64,000 nt of DNA from Ylistrum balloti (GCF_031769215.1 NW_026781965.1:3658001-3722000), one strand, 5' to 3'. Shown: positions 1 through 14,233, counted from the first letter of the stretch. Numbers and translations: made by a program. The notes: generated from the letters alone by a model not told the origin.

Positions 1-1759
1 TACACAGTATCGTACATGTTAAGTGTATCGCCACTCCACTACACAGTATCATCGATGTTAAGTGTATCGTCACTCCACTACACAGTATCGTACATGTTAA
101 GTGTATCGCCACTCCACTACACAGTATCATCGATGTTAAGTGTATCGTCACTCCACTACACAGTATCGTACATGTTAAGTGTATCGTCACTCCACTACAC
201 AGTATCGTACATGTTAAGTGTATCGTCACTCCACTACACAGTATCGTACATGTTAAGTGTATCGCCACTCCACTACAAAGTATCATACATGTTAAGTGTA
301 TCGTCACTCCACTACACAGTATCGTACATGTTAAGTGTATCGTCACTCCACTACACAGTATCGTACATGTTAAGTGTATCGTCACTCCACTCCACAGTAT
401 CATACATGTTAAGTGTATCGCCACTCCACTACACAGTATCGTACATGTTAAGTGTATCGCCACTCCACTACACAGTATCATCGATGTTAAGTGTATCGCC
501 ACTCCACTACACAGTATCATCGATGTTAAGTGTATCGTCACTCCACTACACAGTATCGTACATGTTAAGTGTATCGTCACTCCACTACACAGTATCGTAC
601 ATGTTAAGTGTATCGTCACTCCACTACACAGTATCGTACATGTTAAGTGTATCGCCACTCCACTACACAGTATCATACATGTTAAGTGTATCGTCACTCC
701 ACTACACAGTATCGTACATGTTAAGTGTATCGCCACTCCACTACACAGTATCATCGATGTTAAGTGTATCGTCACTCCACTACACAGTATCGTACATGTT
801 AAGTGTATCGTCACTCCACTACACAGTATCGTACATGTTAAGTGTATCGCCACTCCACTACAAAGTATCGTACATGTTAAGTGTATCGTCACTCCACTAC
901 ACAGTATCGTACATGTTAAGTGTATCGTCACTCCACTACACAGTATCGTACATGTTAAGTGTATCGTCACTCCACTACACAGTATCGTACATGTTAAGTG
1001 TATCGTCATTCCACTACACAGTATCGTACATGTTAAGTGTATCGTCACTCCATCATACATGTTAAGTGTATCGTCACTCCACTCCACAGTATCATACATG
1101 TTAAGTGTATCGTCACTCCACTCCACAGTATCATACATGTTAAGTGTATCGTCACTCCACTACACAGTATCATACATGTTAAGTGTATCGTCACTCCACT
1201 ACACAGTATCGTACATGTTAAGTGTATCGTCACTCCACTACACAGTATCGTACATGTTAAGTATATCGTCACTCCACTACACAGTATCGTACATGTTAAG
1301 TGTATCGACACTCCACTACACAGTATCGTACATGTTAAGTGTATCGTCACTCCACTACACAGTATCGTACATGTTAAGTGTATCGTCACTCCACTACACA
1401 GTATCGTACATGTTAAGTGTATCGCCACTCCACTACACAGTATCGTACATGTTAAGTGTATCGCCACTCCACTACACAGTAACGTACATGTTAAGTGTAT
1501 CGTCACTCCACTACACAGTATCGTACATGTTAAGTGTATCGTCACTCCACTACACAGTATCGTACATGTTAAGTGTATCGTCACTCCACTACACAGTATC
1601 GTACATGTTAAGTGTATCGTCACTCCACTACACAGTATCGTACATGTTAAGTGTATCGTCACTCCACTACACAGTATCGTACATGTTAAGTGTATCGTCA
1701 CTCCACTACACAGTATCGTACATGTTAAGTGTATCGTCACTCCACTACACAGTATCGTA
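1..1759. repeat. 39-bp minisatellite, ~45 copies, runs off window start
   Basis: Unit tacacagtatcgtacatgttaagtgtatcgtcactccac is repeated head to tail. The 13-aa periodic ORFs (16..1065, 1037..1774 and others) follow from the 39-bp period. Confidence 0.97.
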
Positions 1760-1920
1760 TATATCAAGTGGTAGTCAGAATTTTACATTATCATTTTTAT
1801 ATTACAAAAGGACATACAATAGACATACTTAACAATGCGTTAAGACGGCGTCGGTGTTGTTTAAGTTCTCCACATAATACATTTAAATACATGGTATATA
1901 CACACACTGTATATATAAAT

Positions 1921-1993
1921 ACCTCCGCTAGGAATCGAACCCCGGACCTCTGGCTTACTAGTCTGACGTTCAACCAATCGAGCTAAAGAGAAA
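1921..1993 (-). mobile_element. tRNA-derived element (SINE head or tRNA-Thr(AGT)-like pseudogene)
   Basis: Minus strand has an A box TAGCTCGATTGG, an anticodon-like arm cagactAGTaagccag and a B box GGTTCGATTCC. Acceptor and T stems contain mismatches, so it is not a functional tRNA. Confidence 0.55.
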
Positions 1994-2049
1994 TTCTCTC
2001 TAGCCGAGTAGTATATTGAGGTAAGTATTTTACCAGGGTTACATATATA

Positions 2050-2998
2050 AAAGGTAAATATCCTAAAATCCTAAATCATTAATTGTTCATTTGCCAAAAG
2101 CATGTGAAATCCTTTGTACAGATAACTACTCGGTTTTAAAGAGACGACATAAAAAACTGGCCGTAGAATGTAATTTTTATTAGATATTTCAACAGTGCGC
2201 AGGCCATTCAGTTAAACGGTAAAAATAATTTGAAACTTGGCTGTCCGTTTTTAATATGGTGTCTTCGAGGAGAGTCAGTCCTAAGTCCTGTATATTTGGC
2301 AATATTGAGATTTGAAAGTTTAATTCGTCAGAGCGTGTCGTTCTCATTTTAGACTCTAACCTATCTGACTGCTATGCTACCATCTCCGTGTACTTAAAAA
2401 TCCATCTTGAGCACCACACACTGGAGTATTTTCCTGTCTTTGGCAGAGCGCAACGACGACTTGTGTCTGGTTTAGGCATCTACCAACCGTTTTTAAAAAA
2501 CAGTATTTTACAATCTTTTACTTCCCGTAAGCAATAAGCAACTCTGGATATTGAAACAAGATAAAATATTAAAGGTAATCGGTGACGTTTTAATTCTTGT
2601 GAGGTTGTGGATTTCAAATTTCCAAATTCTTATTCATTTTCAATGTCTTTCGATTAGGAATTTTGAAGAAACCTGTGCGTGAATGCTACAGTATATAACT
2701 TAGCCACAACTCCGATCATTTCTGAATTGATAAGACCCGATTGATTCTCCGTGAGTGTTTTCTTTCCGTGAACAAATTATGAAACCGAAAGCATTTGTCT
2801 GATTTCCATAAATCTGTTGCTGTATTCATACCAAGAAACTAGATAGCCACGTATGTGGTCAGTTTGAACGTTAGCCATAGGAACTGGATATATTGTGGAG
2901 GGCAATATTTCATTATAAAATACTATATCAAGCATCAATTGACAAGTTCGTGTTCCTAAAATATCTGCTATTAACAGTAAAACTACAAAGTGAAACAT
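2050..2998 (-). pseudogene. Decayed secreted LRR-protein (TLR-ectodomain-like) relic 1
   Basis: Signal-peptide-like start MFHFVVLLLIADILG. LRR-like pieces LVSWYEYSNRFMEI, LKSTTSQELKRH and GLRTVEISNKN are broken by stops and frameshifts. Homologous in the same frame to 11430-12000. Confidence 0.4.
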
Positions 2999-5900
2999 AT
3001 CGTGTTTTCAAAAAAATCACTGCAGCAACAGCTCTATAAATAACACCACAGACTGCACGGTCATTGTTATACTTTATGGTCATGTCCGATGAATTGTGAT
3101 ATTCAACATCCTTCCTCCTGTCAAGTTACTTGTAGCTGTAGTTGAATCTATTTGTAACTATCGAAACCACGTATGTTTTCGATTCAGTTGGTTACAACAT
3201 TAAATGAGATCAATGTTGTGAGGGCCCGACAAAGCTTCTTTATTCATCACTCTGGTATCTTATATAAGTATAAAAAATGATATAAATCAATTAATTTGCA
3301 TAATAGAGTCACGTGAAAAACCCGGAGGGAAACAACAATTGAATGAACAATAATCATAAACCAAAATCAGATTTTAAAAAAAACTAGAACAAAATATGAA
3401 CAAAAGAAATATTTACACGTAGACTCATCAAACAGTACAAGGAAAATTAGACCAGGTGTTCCGGAAGAGTAAACGTCTTTTGCTTCATGACGATACCCAC
3501 CATAAGCTCAATAGTAAAACCTCATATCTAAGTGGTCAACCCAGAGGAATGTGGCATACAAGTCCAAAGCCTTATTCCTACATGGTGATCCAAAACTTTA
3601 ATTTGACATATGTAATGTTGCTGGACTTTCCCATCAAGGTCGTCTAGATAGCCCAATATCTCTATGTATGACTTTACCACTGACAATGGGGTATTTTCTT
3701 AGTTTCTTCCCGAGATCACTATTGAAAAATAGAAAAATAATTTGTGTGACTTTTTCCTGCTACACGAGGTTGTGTGTTAACTTTGAAGTGTATGCCCTAC
3801 TGAGATGTATAAACCAGTCATGACTTAGTAGATAAAGTATATATACCAGGATACCTTCAAACTATAAACATAAAAAAACGGGGAAAAATCTACATGAACG
3901 GTGTGTGATTGCGCAATCAAAACCAGTCTGTCAATACACAAATCTACATTTTAATGGTATTTCTGGTAACTACAACCGGACACGTGCAGTGATCAGATCG
4001 GATTTCGAAGAATTACGTCAATATTGAAAACACATGCACATCGTGCAATGCTGTGTGCAGAGGTGAGACTCGAGTCCTTTTTGACGGAGATCAGTTTCCG
4101 TTAGACAAAGTAAACATTTTATCGCGAGATTACGTGATTAGTCTACATTGTTACATGCTAGCGATTAACAATACCCCCGTGTTCAATATAATACTACACC
4201 AATACCATATACATGTACATGTACTACTCCGGGTCTGGACTAATGTTTTTCATGGAAAACGACTCCAACCATACACTCCAATTCCGTAATTTAGTTTATG
4301 GAAAACTTATGATTGCTACATACCCCGCACCCGTTTAAAAACTTGCGCAAGTGGTTTTTTTCCAGTAAATGACTTATCGGATGAGAAAGTACCCCAAAAA
4401 TTTTGATTAAGTCTAATATTGTATAAAAAACATCGATACAAAACCAGTTTAGATTAGAGTTGACTCAGATAATGAATTTATCTGCAGCAAACCTCAGATG
4501 CGACTTTAGAAGACCAAAATTGATTGAAAATAATGTAACAATGTAGACGTGGAGGTGCATTTTACCTAGAATTAAATCAATTTTGTAATTCTCATATCCT
4601 TAGCATTGCCTATTATTCTGAAAAAATATAAAGAAATAATTGAATCCTTACACCAGTTTTTTTATCTGTTAATAGCCAATGGAAAACCGAAGAAATAATT
4701 CCCTGTAACCTTAAAGTTCACTTTGTAGAGCTTTGAAGTATATTTTATCAAAACTATGGGATTAACAGAACTGATATGAGTTATGTAAGATTGGTACAAA
4801 ATGCGAATTTAGATTAGCTAAGTAGAGTCGAACAAGGAGTTAAACTGCACCATACCGCTGTTACGTCCTAAACCTTGAAGACAACTGAAGAAAAATCCAA
4901 AACAACCAGGAAAAATCTAGATAGGGAGGTACGCTTGGCCAATAGGTCAGTAAATATTGTAGTTTTTTTTTTGTAAAATAACACAAAATTGTACTATTAT
5001 GTATAATTAGCTGCGAGATTCTGGTTAGAAAGGCAATTTTATTTTATTTACTTGATCTCTAACAACATATATGTTTGAACTCATTTGAATAGTGGCTGGT
5101 TTCAAAATATGCACAACTCATGGATTTGTCCATTATAGATACTTAGCCCTACATACGAAACAAAGAACAACTAAACATAGGTGTGGTGTCGTTTTATTTA
5201 TTATAGGGCTCTACGGTACCTTAGTTTGTACTGAAACCTGCTATTAGTTTCTGAGTGTTTTGGCAAGCCTTTGATTTAAACGAATTCTATAAATCAATCA
5301 ATCTTGAGGAATATTGTGGTTTGAACTACTTATCGTACTTAACCGTGAGTTGCTGTACTACACCACTAAAGTATTTCTTACCGAGAAAAAATATATATAT
5401 CGATCTGTTTGATCGACATTCTTCTAACCGCCGATGTCGTTCTCCTGATCAATCTCATTGTTTGTGGAATTCTACACACGTACATGAAATGTCTGTTTTC
5501 TTCGAAAGGGCCAGAATACTTCCAAATAAGGCGCTAGTGATGTTGATTTCTTGGTGTCACACGTAGCGAATTTCAGAGAAGCAGTATACTGATCATCAGG
5601 TGGAATGATGTAATGACGGGGTGCATGAAGCATTTTATCAAAAAAACAAAAGTTTTATTTTGGATACCACGACAATACAAGTAAGGACATACTTATAAAC
5701 CAGATCTTTTATGGGACATAGTCTGTTAATATCGGTTTGTTCTTTATTGACGAAAATAGTGATTATACTCTATCACATCAAAACTCATGTTTGATTTACA
5801 TACAACATGTAATAGTTCGGACCGTTCAACTGGCACCTTCGGTCTCCATATAAAACAGCGTTTTCCTAAAAATTGCCACTGAAGTCAGTTATCAGCATGA

Positions 5901-6032
5901 CTATGAATTCCTGAAACCATTCCCTGATTCCAAGAAAAAGCCCTGCCCAAGCACTGATATATCAGTAATCGAATTACTGGAAACAATTAAATGCCAATTT
6001 TCTTAAGACATGGAATCACATAAGCAATGTTT

Positions 6033-6882
6033 ACAGTCTGAGGTGTCGGTCTCTCCCTGACAATTGATAAATACCTAGACAATAGACATGGCGTGTATAT
6101 ATACAGTCTGACAGGCTGAGGTGTCGGTTTCTCCCTGACAATTGATAAATACCTAGACAATAGACATGGCGTGTAGTAACTGGTGTATATCTACAGGCTG
6201 AGGTGTCGGTCTCTCCCTGACAATTGATAAATACCTAGACAATAGACATGGCGTGTAGTAACTGGTGTATATATACAGTCTGACAGGCTGAGGTGTCGGT
6301 TTCTCCCTGACAATTGATAAATACCTAGACAATAGACATGGCGTGTAGTAACTGGTGTATATCTACAGGCTGAGGTGTCGGTCTCTCCCTGACAATTGAT
6401 AAATACCTAGACAATAGACATGGCGTGGTAGTAACTGGTGTATATATACAGTCTGACAGGCTGAGGTGTCGGTCTCTCCCTGACAATTGATAAATACCTA
6501 GACAATAGACATGGCGTGTAGTAACTGGTGTATATCTACAGGCTAAGGTGTCGGTCTCTCCCTGACAATTGATAAATACCTAGACAATAGACATGGCGTG
6601 GTAGTAACTGGTGTATATATACAGTCTGACAGGCTGAGGTGTCGGTTTCTCCCTGATAACTGATAAATACCTAGACAATAGACATGGCGTGGTAGTAACT
6701 GGTGTATATATACAGTCTGACAGGCTGAGGTGTCGGTTTCTCCCTGATAACTGATAAATATCTAGACAATAGACATGGCGTGGTAGTAACTGGTGTATAT
6801 CTACAGGCTGAGGTGTCGGTCTCTCCCTGACAATTGATAAATACCTAGACAATAGACATGGCGTGGTAGTAACTGGTGTATA
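6033..6882. repeat. 82/91-bp tandem repeat, ~10 units
   Basis: Core ggctgaggtgtcggtytctccctgacaattgataaatacctagacaatagacatggcgtg. Successive spacings are 82, 90, 82, 91, 82, 91, 91 and 83 bp. Confidence 0.95.
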
Positions 6883-6959
6883 GCTGGGCAACAGAAATCA
6901 CTTATTGTCTACAGGCTGAGGTGTAGTTTTCTCTACATTAACTGACTTATATCTTGGTC

Positions 6960-7663
6960 ACAGAAATCCCATAGAAAGTGTCTCTAGGTCCGGCTGTTCC
7001 TAGGCGACAGAAATCCCATAGAAAGGGTCTATAGGTCCGGGTGTTTCTAGGCGACAGAAATCCCATAGAAAGGGTCTATAGGTCCGCGTGTTTCTAGGCG
7101 ACAGAAATCCCATAGAAAGGGTCTATAGGTCCAGGTGTTTCTAGGCGACAGAAATCCCATAGAAAGGGTCTATAGGTCCGGGTGTTTCTAGGCGACAGAA
7201 ATCCCATAGAAAGGGTCTATAGGTCCGGGTGTTTCTAGGCGACAGAAATCCCATAGAAAGGGTCTATAGATCCAGGTGTTTCTAGGCGACAGAAATCCCA
7301 TAGAAAGGGTCTATAGGTCCGGGTGTTTCTAGGCGACAGAAATCCCATAGAAAGGGTCTATAGGTCCGCGTGTTCCTAGGCGACAGAAATCCCATAGAAA
7401 GGGTCTCTAGGTCCAGGTGTTTCTAGGCGACAGAAATCCCATAGAAAGGGTCTATAGGTCCAGGTGTTTCTAGGCGACAGAAATCCCATAGAAAGTGTCT
7501 ATAGATCCAGGTGTTTCTAGGCGACAGAAATCCCATAGAAAGTGTCTATAGGTCCAGGTGTTTCTAGGCGACAGAAACCCCATAGAAAGGGTCAATAGGT
7601 CCGGGTGTTTCTAGGCGACAGGAATCCCATAGAAAGTGTCTATAGGTCCAGGTGTTTCTAGGC
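6960..7663. repeat. 47-bp minisatellite, ~15 copies
   Basis: Unit gacagaaatcccatagaaagggtctataggtccgggtgtttctaggc. Confidence 0.96.
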
Positions 7664-8115
7664 AACTGACATCAAACTTCATAGACATAATGCACTGCAA
7701 GGGTTATCATTTTCATCTGTTTTCCCACAATTTCACGAATGGAATAAAACTAATATAAATAATTAATTGAACCATTTATCCGGATATTGCATCCGGTTTG
7801 TATCACGACCTTGGTAAACCTCTGAAAATTCAAACTATTAAGAAAAAAACTTCACTCCATTGTGAAGTTGTATGAGACTTTTAATGATGTTACATGCTGT
7901 TACATGCCTGTAAAACAGTAATTAGGTATTAACTGTGGTAAACAACTTCCACACTTGTTTGATAACCAAATTTACATTTAAATCACACGTCAAACGAGTT
8001 AAGTGACTAGAATTGAAACAGATACTCCTGTATAAGTATAAATGTATAGACATCAACACGTTTCCGTATTCCTGTCAGTGATTCCGAACTATTCTGTCGC
8101 ATTTACATACGCCAG

Positions 8116-8408
8116 TACGTGAAGTTTCGATATGACTACACTAACAGTCTTTCTGAAGACGTATACTATTCTTTATGTGGTGATTTTTACAAAAAAAAAG
8201 CTAGCTTCTTTGTAAGATAAAATCTTCCGTTAATGTTTAGTGAGGCTCAAGTCATGAATGGAACGTTAGTTGTAAAAAAAAAGTCTCAAGTGATATATCT
8301 AATCCGTACGAGAAAAGGCGACCACCTGTAACGACCCAAATCGGTTGGGTTCATGTGTTAATCGTTAATTTGACTTCTTCACACATTTTGTTGCACACAC
8401 TTAAAGTT
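8116..8408. repeat. Interspersed duplicate, copy 1 (copy 2 at 16795-17157)
   Basis: Near-identical sequence starting tacgtgaagtttcgatatgac. Both copies lead directly into the same 40-bp satellite. Confidence 0.92.
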
Positions 8409-10989
8409 CTGATAAAACATATACACGTTGTTATATCTGACAATCCTATTATAAAACTACCCACACGTTGCTCTGTCTGACAATCCTATGATAGAACTAC
8501 CTTCACGTTGCTATATCTGACAATCCTATGACAAAACTACCTACACGTTGTTGTTATATCTGACAATCCTACGATAAAACATATACATGTTGTTATATCT
8601 GACAATCCTATCATAGAACTACCTACACGTTGTTGTTATATCTGACAATCCTATGATAAAACTACCTTCACGTTGCTATATCTGGCAATCCTATGATAAA
8701 ACATATACATGTTGTTATATCTGACAATCCTATGATAAAACATATACATGTTGTTATATCTGACAATCCTATGATAAAATAGGCGCGCGCGCGCGCGCGC
8801 GCGCGCGCGCGCGCGCGCTGATCATATACATGTTGTTATATCTGACAATCCTATCATAGAACTACCTACACGTTGTTATATCTGACAATCCTATGATAAA
8901 ACATATACACGTTGCTATATCTGACAATCCTATGATAAAACTACCTTCACGTTGCTATATCTGGCAATCCTATGATAAAACATATACACGTTGCTATATC
9001 TGACAATCCTATGATCATGTTGTTATCACACATTTTGTAAAACATATACACACTATATCTGACAATCCTATGATAGAACTACCTACACGTTGTTGTTATA
9101 TCTGACAATCCTATGATAAAACATATACACGTTGCTATATCTGACAATCCTATGACAAAACTACCTACACGTTGTTGTTATATCTGACAATCCTATGATA
9201 TCTGACAATCCTATCATAGAACTACCTACACGTTGTTGTTATATCTGACAATCCTATGATAAAACTACCTTCACGTTGCTATATCTGACAATCCTATGAT
9301 AAAACATATACATGTTGTTATATCTGACAATCCTATGATAAAACATATACATGTTGTTATATCTGACAATCCTATGATAAAACATATACATGTTGTTATA
9401 TCTGACAATCCTATCATAGAACTACCTACACGTTGCTATATCTGACAATCCTATGATAAAACATATACATGTTGTTATATCTGACAATCCTATCATAAAA
9501 CTACATACACGTTGCTATATCTGACAATCCTATCATAGAACTACCTACACGTTGCTATATCTGACAATCCTATGATAAAACATATACATGTTGTTATATC
9601 TGACAATCCTATCATAAAACTACCTACACGTTGCTATATCTGACAATCCTATGATAGAACTACCTACACATTGCTATATCTGACAATCCTATGATAAAAC
9701 ATATACATGTTGTTATATCTGACAATCCTATGATAAAACTACCTTCACATTGCTATATCTGACAATCCTATGATAAAACATATACATGTTGTTATATCTG
9801 ACAATCCTATGATAAAACTACCTTCACGTTGCTATATCTGACAATCCTATGATAAAACATATACATGTTGTTATATCTGACAATCCTATGATAAAACTAC
9901 CTTCACGTTGCTATATCTGACAATCCTATGATAAAACATATACATGTTGTTATATCTACCTACACGAACTACCTACACGTTGTTATATCTGACAATCCTA
10001 TGATAAAACATATACACGTTGCTATATCTGACAATCCTATGATAGAACTACCTACACGTTGTTATATCTGACAATCCTATGATAAAACTACCTTCACGTT
10101 GCTATATCTGACAATCCTATGATAAAACTACCTTCACGTTGCTATATCTGACAATCCTATGATAGAACTACCTACACGTTGGTATATCTGACAATCCTAT
10201 GATAGAACTACCTACACGTTGCTATATCTGACAATCCTATGATAAAACTACCTACACGTTGCTATATCTGACAATCCTATGATAAAACTACATACACGTT
10301 GCTATGTCTGACAATCCTATGATAAAACTACATACACGTTGCTATGTCTGACAATCCTATGATAAAACTACATACACGTTGCTATATCTGACAATCCTAT
10401 GATAAAACTACATACACGTTGCTATGTCTGACAATCCTATGATAAAACATATACACGTTGCTATATCTGACAATCCTATGATAAAACTACATACACGTTG
10501 CTATATCTGACAATCCTATGATAAAACCACATACACGTTGCTATGTCTGACAATCCTATGATAAAACTACCTACACGTTGCTATGTCTGACAATCCTATG
10601 ATAAAACTACATACACGTTGCTATGTCTGACAATCCTATGATAGAACTATCTACACGTTGCTATATCTGACAATCCTATGATAGAACTATCTACACGTTG
10701 CTATGTCTGACAATCCTATGATAAAACATATACATGTTGTTATATCTGACAATCCTATGATAAAACTACCTTCACGTTGCTATATCTGACAATCCTATGA
10801 TAGAACTATCTACACGTTGCTATGTCTGACAATCCTATGATAAAACTACATACACGTTGCTAGGTCTGACAATCCTATGATAGAACTATCTACACGTTGC
10901 TATATCTGACAATCCTATGATAAAACTACATACACGTTGCTATGTCTGACAATCCTATGATAAAACTACATACACGTTGCTATATCTGA
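8409..10989. repeat. 40-bp minisatellite, ~63 copies
   Basis: Unit tatctgacaatcctatgataaaactacctacacgttgcta with variants, interrupted by (GC)18 at 8783-8818. Confidence 0.96.
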
Positions 10990-11154
10990 TATCATAGGAA
11001 ATATCGTATTCATTATATCATTAACCTGAATAGGTTGAATGTCTGGTAAATGCGTGCGGATGTACTTCGATTTTTTTATGAACGTATATACTCTTTTAGA
11101 CTCCTCATAGATTTGATGTAAGTAAGATGATTTGATCATGTTGTGTGTCTCCCT

Positions 11155-11428
11155 AGTTTCCCTAGTAAAGCCGAATCTGAAACGTATTCATGACGATGTA
11201 CGTAAACAGACACACCTTTTACTGCCAGTTTCCCTAGTAAAGCCGAATCTGAAACGTATTCATGACGATGTACGTAAACAGACACACCTTTTACTGCCAG
11301 TTTCCCTAGTAAAGCCGAATCTGAAACGTATTCATGACGATGTACGTAAACAGAGACACACCTTTTACTGCCAGTTTCCCTAGTAAAGCCGAATCTGAAA
11401 CGTATTCATGACGATGTACGTAAACAGA
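11155..11428. repeat. 72-bp tandem repeat, ~3.8 copies
   Basis: Unit begins agtttccctagtaaagccgaatctgaaacg. It explains the 24-aa periodic ORF 11132..11383. Confidence 0.95.
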
Positions 11429-11429
11429 C

Positions 11430-12000
11430 TTTCATTTTGCGTTTTCTTAATTTACCGAAACATTAACCAACCTCAGGATGTATGACATGAGATATTTAAG
11501 TTACTAGTTTCGTTTTAATTCATGTGAGGTTTTAGAGCTGCATAGTCCTAAGTCAGATTCATTTTCTAAATATACGTGACATTGGAAACGAAAGAATTTG
11601 TAACAATAGCAATATAACGTGTATATCGTATTTTATTTTTTAGAAAAAACTTTATAAGAATTTTCACTTCCAATAATTGTAAGGCATTGATGAAGCCAGT
11701 GTAGATTTTATGTAGATTAAGTAAGAATAAATTCCGAACACTTCCGAATCGATAATCTTGTAGCTTATTAGGGTCCTTTTCTATGAAAGAATAACGAAAC
11801 CGAAAGTGTTTCTTGGATTTCTGTAAATCTATTGCTGTAGTTATATATAGAAACTAAATAGGCACTTGTTGGGTCAATCTGCACGTGTGCCTACTGCGTT
11901 CAGAGATCAAGTAGCGGTTATCGGGTCAGGACACATTGTCAACAGCTACTGGTGATTGTAAATATACCTACTATTTAGGAAAAAGTCAAAAACTGAAATA
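11430..12000 (-). pseudogene. Decayed LRR-protein (TLR-ectodomain-like) relic 2
   Basis: YLVSIYNYSNRFTEIQETL fits LxxLxLxxNxLxxLPxxL. ENESDLGLCSSKTSHELKRN aligns with relic 1. Many in-frame stops. Confidence 0.4.
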
Positions 12001-14233
12001 TATCGTTTAAAAAAACAGCAACATATTTGCCATAACATTGAATGTACAAAAGCCACACAAGTTAAGAACACTTTTAATACGCATTTAGAATAAGTTAAAG
12101 CCAAACAATAAATTTAACTACATCATACGGATGTGTCGACTTTCTCTGTGCCTGACATTTTGAAAGCTAGGGGACCCAGGAATGATCGAAAGAAATGTAA
12201 AAATTTAGACGAGGAATTGAACGAACCGCATAATAAGATAAAAATGTCGTTATTTCTCTATATCTGATAATTTAACATCAAATACATGCTTTATATTCTA
12301 AACCGTGCTATTATTCAAATAAACCAAAGCGAGACTAGTAACAAACCCGTGCTATTCAGCAACTGATGTACAGATGATAAAAATAGTTCAATATACAAAT
12401 TTATGGGAACCACGCATGTTTTCGATTCATTTGGTCACAACGTGTAATGACGCGACAGGAACATGGCCGTGTATAATAGTGTTGGTCTATGGGTGACCCA
12501 TGGTAACCATGGTGATAGGCCCCTACAAAACTTCCTCTACCGCTGGATCACACTGGTATCAAACAATGATAACATCAACTAACTCACACAATAGAATCAC
12601 GTGATAAAACGGACACACGGACAGAAACAACAATCAACAAAGTGATGTTTTTTGTTTGCTCAGTAGCTTTAGCTTGGATTGATGAACAACACATTTTGAC
12701 AATAGGACACTAACGTAAAGATGGCAAATTCGAGGAATTCAATTTTCCATACGACTTGTACAGTCAGAAGGATAAAGATGTTATCGAACGTTATATTGAA
12801 AAAAAAATTAGAAAATCTGATACATGTACTTTGAAATTGAAAAATCACGGAAAAACGGTCTTTGTAACGGTCGTAACAAGGCAGGGTTATAAACCCCATG
12901 ACAGTCCATACTATTACAAAGACTAAGTATTAAGGAAGTGTTTCACCAAAAGGAAGGGGTATTTTGACCATATAGGTGGCTCATAATTATTCCATGCTAT
13001 GTTGCTGAGCTCCCCATCACTTACGATACAAGGAGTGATAAAGAGAGCCCAATGTTAAAACCAATCAGGTTATTTCATCGTGAGAACACTGATGGAAAAT
13101 CCAATATTTCTCTTTTTTTTCTTTTGAAGAGTTACAGAAAGTTATATATCTAATCTGAGGTGTGATTTTCTATAGTGTTTCTGTGCTGAGTATGGTCTAT
13201 CAAAAATACAGATACATTTTACTCCGTACATAAAATATGGCGGTTTAAATTGTAACTTCAGTGTATAGTGTCTAGTTGGTTAATCAAGGCTGATTTGTCA
13301 ATAGATACTCTGAAAACATAATCCTTTTCCAGGTATCAGCACATTAATTGTATAAAAGCACGTGTGGTTCTAAATTGACGTCGATGAGCTAGGTTTTCTC
13401 AGAAATACACCCTGGTTGAAAGCATATGTACATCCTGCATTTGATGGTCCAATCGCTAGATTCTTATCGATTATTTCTGATATAAATTTCCGTATAAAAT
13501 TGTAAACATGTTATCGACTTAACGTATTGAAGTCTGTACTGTTGTAATAGGGTTGTAATTAACAGTAACCCTCATTGATTAAACTACATAGATTAAAACA
13601 TCTTTGATTAAATTTTCAAGAAAAAAACACGTTTACACAATTCAAGTGTTACATAGAAAACAACCTGAATCCTTATTATATATCCCGTATTGGGTAGAAT
13701 ACTTCCTCTATTGATAAAGTCGGGTCAAAAGGTCAACTGTCGGACGAGACACTATCTACGAAGTCATGTGCCTTTATTTTGTACAATTGTCGAAACTGCA
13801 GGTCGAGACACTGCTAGTGGACTGTGAGTCCCTGAATGTCAATGTAACTAGCCGGCCAGGTTTGAACAAAAACCAAATGGTGGCACGGTTCAGAATATAC
13901 ACATGTACCAGAAATTATCAGACATAATGAAAATGACGAAATTTATTGAAGTATGGAGCTCGTTCACCTTCATTTTGGACATTTTTTAAATACCATATTT
14001 TATTCAGTCGCTTTCTCACATGGATGCATCACTGATATGTTCTAGAAGGTCGAAACAGCTGTAGGATTCATTGACTGACCTTCCTGTGTCTAATTCTCGT
14101 TTTATATCTAAAGGTGCTATTCACATATAAGGCTTTTGTACAACCCTCATCATTATATGTCTCAAATAGGAAAAAATCGATCCTTGAACACCTCAAGCAT
14201 TATCCCACGCCCTGCATCGGATAGAAATCTACT

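Noticed and set aside
16-1832. Long ORFs of 240-349 aa in several frames
   Set aside because: Translations of a stop-free 39-bp repeat, open on both strands, with no domain.
3440-3510. caggtgttccggaagagtaaacg, reminiscent of a mollusc SINE segment
   Set aside because: Short, recalled similarity only, with no boundaries or Pol III boxes found.
13900-14120. Second TIR-like fragment (KRELDTGRSVNES...ESD*IKY)
   Set aside because: Too degenerate to distinguish from chance without a profile search.
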